The notes under the pieces were generated by a model, which was given only the letters and a program-made list of their open reading frames with translations, ran no database searches and was not told the origin of the DNA. DNA of 64,000 nt from Rhizobiaceae bacterium (GTDB lineage Bacteria; Pseudomonadota; Alphaproteobacteria; Rhizobiales; Rhizobiaceae), in assembly GCA_041582695.1 (NCBI GenBank), contig JBFIBB010000001.1, forward strand, positions 1,716-65,715, written 5' to 3'. Position numbers and translations under genes: made by a program. Of the stretch, positions 1 through 8,500 are shown piece after piece; the first letter of the stretch is position 1, and every line of letters begins with the position of its first letter.

Positions 1-315
1 AACGCTATCCAGGCCGAGCCGGGTCTTTTTCTGCACGAGCGCAACGAAGTCCCGGTCTCGACTGCAATCTGCGTGCACGACGGCGATCTTGCCGGTCTGT
101 TCGAGATCGCAACCGCGGAAGACGAACGCGGTAAAGGCTATGGCTACGGCATCGTACGTTCGGCATTGAAGTGGGCGCGACTGCGAGGCGCGAAATACGC
201 CTGGCTCCAGGTCGAGGCTAGCAACGAACCCGCCTTGAAGCTCTACCGCAAGATCGGTTTTCGCGAAGCGTACCGATACCACTACCGCCGGCCGCCGGGT
301 GTCGCTACCGAATGA
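1..315 (+). CDS. GNAT family N-acetyltransferase, C-terminal part (5' end lies outside the window)
   Basis: The reading frame is open to the window edge. The translation ...ATAEDERGKGYGYGIV...WLQVEASNEPALKLYRKIGF has the GNAT acetyl-CoA-binding core. Its stop overlaps the next start (ATGA). Confidence 0.7.
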   Translation, partial: NAIQAEPGLFLHERNEVPVSTAICVHDGDLAGLFEIATAEDERGKGYGYGIVRSALKWARLRGAKYAWLQVEASNEPALKLYRKIGFREAYRYHYRRPPGVATE

Positions 316-731
316 CCACTCCTGTCAGGAAACCGGTCCTTCTTGTGGCCGCCTGCGCGCTGATTGACGCAGACAATCGGGTGTTGCTCGCCCGGCGCCC
401 GGAAGGCAAGGCACTGGCCGGCCTTTGGGAATTTCCGGGTGGCAAGGTGGAGACCGGCGAAACGCCGGAGGAAACGGTTGTGCGCGAACTGGCCGAGGAA
501 CTCGGAATCGAGACGAAGATTGCCTGCCTGGCGCCGCTGACCTTTGCAAGTCATAGCTACGAAACGTTCCACTTGTTGATGCCGTTGTTTATTTGCCGGC
601 GCTATTGGGGTACGGCCAGCCCCAAGGAAGGTCAGGCGCTCAAATGGGTCCGTCCGCGCGATTTGCGAAACTATCCGATGCCGCCAGCCGACGAACCGCT
701 GATCTCAACCCTGCTGGACCTTTTGAACTGA
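312..731 (+). CDS. mutT: 8-oxo-dGTP diphosphatase MutT (Nudix hydrolase)
   Basis: 139 aa with the Nudix box GGKVETGETPEETVVRELAEELG and a MutT-like N-terminus (LLVAACALIDADNRVLLARRPEGK..AGLWEFPGG). Confidence 0.85.
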   Translation: MTTPVRKPVLLVAACALIDADNRVLLARRPEGKALAGLWEFPGGKVETGETPEETVVRELAEELGIETKIACLAPLTFASHSYETFHLLMPLFICRRYWGTASPKEGQALKWVRPRDLRNYPMPPADEPLISTLLDLLN

Positions 732-2191
732 TGACAGACACCATGACAGTAGCGCCGGAAACCGCGTTTACCGGACCGGAGCTGTGCAGGCTGACGGCAA
801 GCGAAGCCGTCGGTCTTCTGAGAAAGGGTGAAATAAAGCCTTCCGAGCTGCTGGATGCCAGCCTGAAGCGCATCGAACAGGTCGAACCGAAGGTGAATGC
901 AGTTGTGACCGTCTGTGCTGAGCGCGCCCGCGACAGCATCGCCAGACTGCCCGAACGTGCCGCTGAAAATGGTGCCAAGCCCGGCTGGCTGGCTGGCCTT
1001 CCCATCGGCGTGAAGGATTTGAGTTGCGTTTCCGGCGTGCGCACCACCTATGGCACGAAGGGTTTTGCCGATTTTGTTCCATCGGCAAACGATCCCATCG
1101 TCGACCGCATGGAAGGCAACGGCGCCATTGTGGTCGGTAAGACCAACACGCCCGAGCAGGGTGCCGGCGGCAACACATTCAACGAAGTGTTCGGCATGAC
1201 CCGCAACCCGTGGGACATCCGCAAGAACGCGGGCGGCTCGTCCGGTGGCGCCGCGGTATCGCTGGCGACAGGCGAAGTTTGGCTGAGCCACGGTTCCGAT
1301 CTCGCCGGATCGCTGCGAACGCCCGCCGCCTATTGCGGCGTGATCGGTCTGCGGCCTTCTCCGGGCCGGGCCGGAGGCGGATCAATGTCGGCTGCCTTCC
1401 AGAATCTCGGATTGCAGGGCCCGATGGCGCGGAACGTTTTCGACGTAGCGCTGTTTCTGGACGCCATGACCGGTTATGACCCCCGACAGCCGCTCACAAT
1501 CGAACCGCCGGCCGAACCGTTCCAGCAAGCAGTCCGCGAAGCCGGGCCGAAAGTGAAGATTGCCTGGGCGCCGACATTGAACGGATTTGCCCCGGTCGAA
1601 CCGGAAATCGAGCAGGTCATGCGCCGGGCGCTCGAAAGGACGCAAGCCAATGGCGCGATTGTCGAAGAGGCCTGCCCGGATTTGCCCGAACTTGAGCCGA
1701 CCTACATCACTCTTCGCGCGGTTTCCTGGGAAACGGGCACCGGCAGACTGCCCGAAGAAATCCAGCGCCACTACAAGGCGACGCTGGCGGAGAATATCGA
1801 ACTTGGCCGTAGTCTCGCCGCCCGCCAGATCATCGATGCCGAGCGCAATCGCACGACCCTTTATCACAATTGCCGGATTTTTCTTGAGACCTACGATGTG
1901 CTCGCCACTGCCGTTGTCGGGCTTGAACCGGGGCCGGTCGAACAGGAGTACCCGCTGCAGGTCGCGGGAGAAGAAATGAGAACATACGTGGACTGGCTGA
2001 AATTCTCCTTCCTCGCCACCACCACATCCCTGCCGGCGTTGTCCATGCCCGCCGGATTTACCCGCAGCGGCATGCCAGTAGGAATACAACTGATTGGACC
2101 TCCCAGAGGCGAGGCGAGATTGCTTGCCGTTGCAAAGGCAATCGAGGAGGCAACGGGCCTGGGCGGCATCGCCCCAATCGATCCGCGCTAG
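731..2191 (+). CDS. Amidase (amidase-signature family)
   Basis: Carries the amidase signature GGSSGGAAVSLATGE plus GSDLAGSLRTPAAYCGV. I placed the start at the internal ATG at 731 (MTDTM...), which overlaps the mutT stop (TGATG). The 593 start in the track would overlap mutT by 139 nt. Confidence 0.85.
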   Translation: MTDTMTVAPETAFTGPELCRLTASEAVGLLRKGEIKPSELLDASLKRIEQVEPKVNAVVTVCAERARDSIARLPERAAENGAKPGWLAGLPIGVKDLSCVSGVRTTYGTKGFADFVPSANDPIVDRMEGNGAIVVGKTNTPEQGAGGNTFNEVFGMTRNPWDIRKNAGGSSGGAAVSLATGEVWLSHGSDLAGSLRTPAAYCGVIGLRPSPGRAGGGSMSAAFQNLGLQGPMARNVFDVALFLDAMTGYDPRQPLTIEPPAEPFQQAVREAGPKVKIAWAPTLNGFAPVEPEIEQVMRRALERTQANGAIVEEACPDLPELEPTYITLRAVSWETGTGRLPEEIQRHYKATLAENIELGRSLAARQIIDAERNRTTLYHNCRIFLETYDVLATAVVGLEPGPVEQEYPLQVAGEEMRTYVDWLKFSFLATTTSLPALSMPAGFTRSGMPVGIQLIGPPRGEARLLAVAKAIEEATGLGGIAPIDPR

Positions 2192-2214
2192 CGCCTTTCC
2201 GGCGAAAACGGCCT

Positions 2215-2661
2215 TCAGGTTTCGTCGTTGTCTTCGGTGCGGTCGCGGTTCTCATCATAGATTTTCAATGCCACCAGCCCGGCAATAGGCAACAATATCC
2301 CCGCAAGGCCGCTCTTGGATTTGAGCAGCCCCGGCAGCGCGGCAATGAGCGCAGTCGCCGCCAGCGTCTTCATTTCGTTCGCCTGCATTTGCTCCTGCCG
2401 CCTCTTCCATGCCCGGGACTGAATGGCGTTGACAGCGAACAATAGCGCGGCGACCGCCAGAAATCCGATCGCGAAACCGATTGCCGACTCAAGCGTACCG
2501 TAGCGGTTCGCCGCCACGATGAACCCCGCACCGACCAGAAACCCGGCGCCCACCGTCGCGAATATCACCGCCAGAAGGTTCAACAATGCAGCGCTCCGCA
2601 CCCGGCGCGTCAACTCTTTTGCCTGGCCGGCGATTAAGGCCATCACCATCGATCTCAGCAT
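2215..2661 (-). CDS. Holin-X / YqjE-like small membrane protein
   Basis: 148 aa with several hydrophobic helices (LLAVIFATVGAGFLVGAGFIV, AIGFAIGFLAVAALLFAV). It sits directly downstream of a DUF883 gene, as in yqjD-yqjE-type pairs. The family call is from memory only. Confidence 0.6.
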   Translation of the reverse strand: MLRSMVMALIAGQAKELTRRVRSAALLNLLAVIFATVGAGFLVGAGFIVAANRYGTLESAIGFAIGFLAVAALLFAVNAIQSRAWKRRQEQMQANEMKTLAATALIAALPGLLKSKSGLAGILLPIAGLVALKIYDENRDRTEDNDET

Positions 2662-2671
2662 CTAAAGCGCC

Positions 2672-3004
2672 CTACCGCCGCGCCAGCAGCGCCAGCAGAA
2701 ACCCGGCGCCCGCGGCGAACGCAAGCGAGGTAAAGGGCTTCTCCCGCACCTGTTTGGCCAGTTCCGCTTCCAGTTCGCTGCTGTTTTCCCGCAGCGCTTC
2801 GATCGCCGCTTCGCCCTGAGCCTTCAGCGCCTCCATTCCGTCTGCGGCAGCGCGTTTGGCCGCGCCTGCCGAACGTTGCTTGGAGCGTTTCAGTTCGCCG
2901 GAAAGATGGGCCACCTCCTTTTTCAGAATTTCGATCTGCTGAAGCAGGTCTTCGTTTGCCTCCTTGGCCCGTTGCGCCGCCGATTGCCTGGCCGTTGCCG
3001 CCAT
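2672..3004 (-). CDS. DUF883 (ElaB/YqjD-like) membrane-anchored stress protein
   Basis: Internal ATG at 3004 (MAATARQSAAQRAKEANEDLLQQIE...). Coiled-coil body plus a C-terminal anchor FTSLAFAAGAGFLLALLARR. An RBS-like GGGAGAGA lies upstream. Confidence 0.7.
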   Translation of the reverse strand: MAATARQSAAQRAKEANEDLLQQIEILKKEVAHLSGELKRSKQRSAGAAKRAAADGMEALKAQGEAAIEALRENSSELEAELAKQVREKPFTSLAFAAGAGFLLALLARR

Positions 3005-3248
3005 GTTGTCTCTCCCGAAATGCGTTTTCCAGCATGAAAAGGACTTTGTCCGCCGATGTCCAGTGGCCCGTTCACGGATTCCCGCGTTGGCCGGAGCCGC
3101 GGTCATGCATGCTCCCGCCAGTTTTGTCGGCCGTCCGAGGTTTCCAGTTGTGATGGTGCGCACATCCGCTGGAGCCAGGCGGAGCTACTCTGACTTTCAG
3201 TAACAAGGTGGCCGAAGCAAAATCGCGCAGCCGCGAGAGGACTGGAAC

Positions 3249-3539
3249 ATGGAACACATAGCAGCCTTACTGCTCCTGGTCGGATGCTCGGACGACATGC
3301 TGGTTTGCCGCGAGTTGCAGGTACCGAGGCCCGTTTATGAAACCGCAGCAGAGTGTGAAGCCGGTCTGGACGCCCAGATGATCAGGTTTTCGAGCAATTT
3401 CCCGCAACTGGTCGGCCAGTGTGTCAACATCGATCCGGCGCTGGAAGAAACCGATGCCGAACTCGTCTGGCGCATCGCCGCCGACGGCACGTTTCTCGCT
3501 TCCTTCGAGGAGCCGCTGGTGCAGGTCGCTTCCCGGTAA
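3249..3539 (+). CDS. Hypothetical small lipoprotein
   Basis: 96 aa with a lipobox-like LLLVGC at the N-terminus. GAGAGGA lies 7 nt upstream of the ATG, and an in-frame stop at 3201 rules out a longer form. Confidence 0.5.
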   Translation: MEHIAALLLLVGCSDDMLVCRELQVPRPVYETAAECEAGLDAQMIRFSSNFPQLVGQCVNIDPALEETDAELVWRIAADGTFLASFEEPLVQVASR

Positions 3540-3680
3540 TCGCATCTGAAACATGCATGTCGCCAAAGCTGTGACATAATCACAATTTAACTATCTTCGC
3601 CGAATTTTCGCCTTGTAGTCATGGTCGTGATCGGCCGGTGATTACGGAGCGGCGGGTATTTTCTGATTCGGGAGACTTTC

Positions 3681-3941
3681 ATGAAGAAAACCATCATCGT
3701 GTTGGCGGCTGTGCTCGGGTTCTCCGGGTGTTCGACCTTGGAGCGGGATGCATCGCTTGGTGCGGCGGCCGGCGGCGCTATCGGAGCAATCGCGACAGGC
3801 CGCGTTGGCGGCGCGCTCGCAGGCGCAGCCATCGGCGCCGGCACGGCGATACTGATCGGCCAAGCGACGCGCAAGGGATATTGCGTCTATCGCGACCCCC
3901 GCACCCTGAAAACCTACGAAGCGCGCTGCCGGGCCGGCTGA
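3681..3941 (+). CDS. Glycine-zipper outer-membrane lipoprotein (17-kDa-antigen-like)
   Basis: 86 aa with signal peptide and lipobox MKKTIIVLAAVLGFSGC. Has a GxxxG-rich zipper GAAAGGAIGAIATGRVGGALAGAAIGAG. GGGAGA lies upstream of the ATG. Confidence 0.7.
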   Translation: MKKTIIVLAAVLGFSGCSTLERDASLGAAAGGAIGAIATGRVGGALAGAAIGAGTAILIGQATRKGYCVYRDPRTLKTYEARCRAG

Positions 3942-4011
3942 GACCGGCACAAGGCGAAGTTCTGATCAAGGCGGGATTGGACGCGCCGCCAAGGCGCGGT
4001 ACTTCTTCGCC

Positions 4012-5466
4012 ATGGAAACACGCAAAACCTTCGCCAGGTCCACTCGCCCCGCTCTGAAATGCGGGCTTGCCTCCGCGAGCGCGCTTCTGCTCGCGGCTAC
4101 CATTTCCGCCGCGGCACAGGAGCCTCCTTGGACGGAACGCGCAATTGGCGCCCATGTCGAGCAGCGCGATCTGCGAGGCGAATTGCCGGCGATCGTTCTT
4201 GAAGAATTGCGCCGGCAGGGCGAGACCCTGTTTACCGCCAAATTCACCCCCGCCGATGGCGTGGGAAGGCCTCTGGCGACCCAGGCGGCAACGCCGATGA
4301 AGCGCCGCGCCGCAACCACAGGTCTGTTCGACCGCGCAACCGGCCCCGACGCGAACGCCTGCGCCGGCTGTCACAACCAGCCTCGGGCCGGTGGCGCCGG
4401 CGACTTCGCGACGAATATATTTGTATCTGAAGCGCCGGGCGCCGATTTGTCACCCATGCCGAATCCGGCGCTTGCCAACGAACGCGGCACAACGCACGTT
4501 TTCGGTGCTGGCCTGATCGAACTTCTGGCGCGCGAAATGACCGCCGATCTGCATGCGGCGCGCGAAGCCGCTCTGATCAAATCCCGCGAAACCGGGGGCG
4601 ACATTACCCTCGGCCTTGTAACCAAAGGCATCAGTTTTGGCGAGATTACCGCCACGGCGGCTGGCAGTATCGATACCAGCAGGGTTGAGGGAATCGATCC
4701 CGACCTGGTTGTCAGACCGTTCGGCCAAAAGGGCGTGTTCGTGTCCTTGCGCGAATTCACCGTCGATGTACTCAACCACCATCTTGGCATGCAGGCCAAC
4801 GAGCGATTTGGCTTCGCCCATACCGGCGAGCTCGATTTTGATGGCGACGGCGTCTCCACCGAAATTACCGAAGGCGATGTGTCGGCCATGGTCGCATGGC
4901 AGGCCGGATTGCCGCCACCGGCTGAACGGGAGCCGGAAAATGAGCAATGGCGCGACGCCGCTGTCCGCGGAAAGCAAATGTTTGGCGAGATGGGCTGCAC
5001 TACCTGTCACGTGCCGGCGCTGCCGCTCGAGAGTCTGAAATTCGCCGATCCCGGCCTTTATGACGCGCCGGGCACGCTTTCTGCCAATGACGTGCCCGAA
5101 CCGGCCATCTATGACCTTGCGCTGCTGGACTGGGCGGCAAATCTCTCCCGCGATGCCGATGGCCGTGTACTTGTGCCGCTCTTCGGCGACCTGAAACGTC
5201 ACCGTATCGCCACGCCTGCCGATCCCCTTGGCAACGAGCAACTTCCGCAGCGAGGCGTCGAACCGGGCGTTTTCATGACTGCGGAACTGTGGGGATTGGC
5301 GTCAACCGCTCCCTATGGCCATCGCAATGACCGGATAACTATCGACGAAATCATCCGCGCCCATGCTGGCGAGGCCGAAACCGCACGCCGGAGCTATGAG
5401 ACCACTGCCGAAAAAGACCGCAGCGACCTGATTGCATTCCTGAAGACGTTGATTATTGACGACTGA
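4012..5466 (+). CDS. Di-haem oxidoreductase / putative peroxidase (DUF1111 family)
   Basis: 484 aa with an N-terminal signal peptide and two CxxCH haem-binding motifs (CAGCHNQP, CTTCHVP). Confidence 0.8.
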   Translation: METRKTFARSTRPALKCGLASASALLLAATISAAAQEPPWTERAIGAHVEQRDLRGELPAIVLEELRRQGETLFTAKFTPADGVGRPLATQAATPMKRRAATTGLFDRATGPDANACAGCHNQPRAGGAGDFATNIFVSEAPGADLSPMPNPALANERGTTHVFGAGLIELLAREMTADLHAAREAALIKSRETGGDITLGLVTKGISFGEITATAAGSIDTSRVEGIDPDLVVRPFGQKGVFVSLREFTVDVLNHHLGMQANERFGFAHTGELDFDGDGVSTEITEGDVSAMVAWQAGLPPPAEREPENEQWRDAAVRGKQMFGEMGCTTCHVPALPLESLKFADPGLYDAPGTLSANDVPEPAIYDLALLDWAANLSRDADGRVLVPLFGDLKRHRIATPADPLGNEQLPQRGVEPGVFMTAELWGLASTAPYGHRNDRITIDEIIRAHAGEAETARRSYETTAEKDRSDLIAFLKTLIIDD

Positions 5467-5468
5467 CC

Positions 5469-5486
5469 GAGCCGGGGCGGCGGCTC
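5469..5486. terminator. Short GC hairpin between convergent genes (weak terminator candidate)
   Basis: GAGCCG-gggcgg-CGGCTC followed by atcatttcat. It lies between the di-haem gene stop (5466) and the kinase stop (5539). Confidence 0.3.
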
Positions 5487-5538
5487 ATCATTTCATCCCT
5501 GGGGCTGTACCCGTCAGGCTCCCAGGAACTGGCGCCAA

Positions 5539-8500
5539 TTAACCCGTCATCTTCTCGGCGGTCTTCGCCTTCTCCAGCCACTTCGCGATTTTCCCTTGCA
5601 GAGCATCGGGGCTGATCGGTTTCGACAGATAATCATCCATTCCCGCATCGATACAGCGCTCGCGGTCACCCTTCAGCGCATGTGCGGTCACGCCGACAAT
5701 CGGCGTGCGGCGGTCGGAGCCGGCCTCGATCTCGCGGATGGCGCCAGTCGCCTCGAGGCCGTTCATTTCCGGCATCGAAACGTCCATCAGTATCATTGCG
5801 GGGTTTCGTTTACCGAAAGCCTCGACGGCAAGACGTCCGTTGCCGACGATTTCGTAGCTGTACCCGGTTTCATCGAGGATTTGTGTGAACACAATCTGGT
5901 TCACCTCGTTGTCTTCCGCAACCAGGATGTCGAGATCGCGGCGCTCACCGGCTGCAGATTCCATGGGAGCTGCGGCATCGGCATCGCGTTCATCCCGCCA
6001 ATTGCCCGATTCGTCTGTCACCAGACCTTTCGCGGCGGGATCCGCCTGCGGCTGTTCTTGACCGTGCGTGCCGTCCTGAAGACTTACAATCTCGTCAACC
6101 GGCTTGCGCGAATCATGCTCCATTGGTCCGGCCTGCGCATTCAAACCGGTTCCGGAATCTTCCGGCCTTGCTTCAGGAGCCGGCTGTTTCCCTGCGCGCG
6201 ACCGGTGCGCCTGAATCGTATCGACCAGCGTTTCGAGCAATTGCGACGACCGGGCCGGTTTGACCAGATGCGCATCGATGCCCAGGTCGCGATACTCCCT
6301 AGTGGACAATGCCTGATCGACCGACGTCAGCATGACTATTGGAGTGTCGCTTAGACGTTCGTCATTCCGCACGATCCGCGCGACGTCGAACCCGGTCATG
6401 CCCGGCATCTGGTAATCCAGAATTATACATTCGACCTGCAAGCCTTTTTCGAATGCCGCATTGAGGACCAGCAGACCGACTTCGCCGCTCTCTGCCGCGC
6501 ATGCGTCGAACGACCATGAAGCTGTCTGCTCGAGCAAAATGGAGCGATTGACCGCATTATCATCGACGATCAGTATTTTCGCTCCGGTGACATCGATTGG
6601 CGCTGCCTTTTCGTTGCTCTGCGTTCCTGAATTCTCCAGTTCGACTTCGAACCAGAATGTCGAGCCCTCGCCGAGCTTGCTCTGCGCGCCAACGGTGCCG
6701 CCCATGAGCTCGACCAGCTTGGAAGTGATCGTCAGGCCGAGGCCGGTGCCTTCATGCCTGCGCGTCGAAGAGGAGTCGACCTGGCTGAATTTCTCGAAAA
6801 CTGTCGCCAGTTGATCTTCCGGTATGCCGATTCCGGTATCGGTGACCGAAAATCTGAGAAGGGTGCTGTTGCCGCGGCTTTCGCCCGCCACTTCCACAAG
6901 CACATGACCTTTTTCGGTGAATTTTACCGCATTGCCCATCAGATTGGTGATGATCTGACGGATGCGTCCGACATCGCCGATCATGTTCTCGGGCAGACCC
7001 GGCTGCACGCGCACGATAAGTTCGAGGTCCTTTTCCTTGGCGCGGGTCGACACCAGGGTGGCCACGTCCTCGATGGCCTCGGCCAGCTTGAACGGCGCCG
7101 GATCAAGCTGGAGTTGGCCGGCATCGATCTTGGAGAAGTCGAGGATGTCGTTGATGATCGTCAACAGCGCATTGCCGGACTTGACGATGATGTCGGTGAA
7201 AGTCTTCTGCTTGGAACTGAGTTCGGATTTTGCCAGCAGTTCCGCCATGCCGAGAACGCCGTTCATCGGCGTGCGTATTTCATGGCTCATATTGGCCAGG
7301 AATTCCGATTTGGCGCGGTCGGCGAGCTCCGCCTTCTTCTGCGCTTCCTCAAGCGCCCTTTCGCGCTCTTTCTGATCCGAGATGTCGAGATATGTGACAA
7401 GACGCTTTCCGCCCGAAAGACTGGTTACGGAATAGAGCAGGGTTACCCCGTCGGCGCGGACGAACTCGCGCGGCACGACATTGCCTTGCCTTATTTCTTC
7501 GCAGCGGCTGACAACATAGTCTTCCCATTCCGCGTCGCTTGCGGTGTAAATGCCGTTTGCCCGATTGATGTCCATCAGGTCCCGGAATTTGCACCCTTCA
7601 CTGACGTCTTCACGGCGGTAACGCCAAATCTTGTAGAACGCGGTATTGATAATTTCGGCGGTCAGATCTTCGTTGACTAGCACGACGCCCAGTTCGAGAG
7701 TGTCGATCAGGGTCCGGAAATCCGCAAGCAGGCGGTCTGTTTCCTCGCGGGCAACCTGAAGTTCGAGTTCGCTTCTCTTGACATCGGTTATGTCGGCGCG
7801 AATGCCAACGCGCTCGCCGCGCGATGTTACCTGGTCGCGGCGCATGATCCAGCGGCCATCATGGCTTTCGAACACGATCTCCCGCCCCAGCTCTTCGTCG
7901 CGCTTGTCCAGAAGGTCCTGAACCCACTCTTCTTCACGGCCCTTTATGTCAGCGACCGCGCCGGAATTCGCCAGGTCGGTCAGAAGTTCGCGATAGGTTC
8001 GCCCGGTTTCGACCCGCATCTCTTCGGGAACCTGCTTTTTGAAAGCATCGTTGCAGACGACCAGCCGGTCGTCTGCATCCCAGACAACAAATCCGTCTTT
8101 TAATGCATCGATCGCGTTTTGCAGCCGGGAATTGGCCGCTGCCGCTTCCTCTTCGCGGGCTTTGCGCTCGGTGATGTCCAGACGAACACCGACAAACGTG
8201 CCGTCAATGTTCCGGCAATCGATGGTCTGAACCCAACTTCCGTCGGGATTTTGCCGTTCCGAAACACGACGCTCGACGTGATAGCGATCTGAATACCGCT
8301 CGATCCAGGCTTCCCGGTCGCGATCGTAGAGTTCGTCGATTTCCTTGTCTCCGGAAACCCGCAGATAGCCATTGTCGTGGGCCAGTTCCAGCGAGTAGCG
8401 AAGCGGTTTGCCCGGCTCCATTGCCGGCACCATTTCGGGCAGTGCTTCCCGGATATGCCGGTTTGCCACCACAAACCGGTCATCCTTGTCGAAAACCAGT

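Noticed and set aside
593-730. The N-terminal 46 codons of the track's 532-aa amidase ORF.
   Set aside because: They would overlap mutT by 139 nt in another frame. The ATG at 731, coupled to the mutT stop, gives a normal amidase N-terminus.
3005-3680. EcfG-type general stress promoters (GGAAC-N16-17-CGTT) upstream of the DUF883 pair and the lipoprotein genes. The same search was made upstream of dps (40772-41163).
   Set aside because: I found only partial matches (for example GAAAC...CTGT) and none with both boxes at correct spacing. No promoter is claimed.
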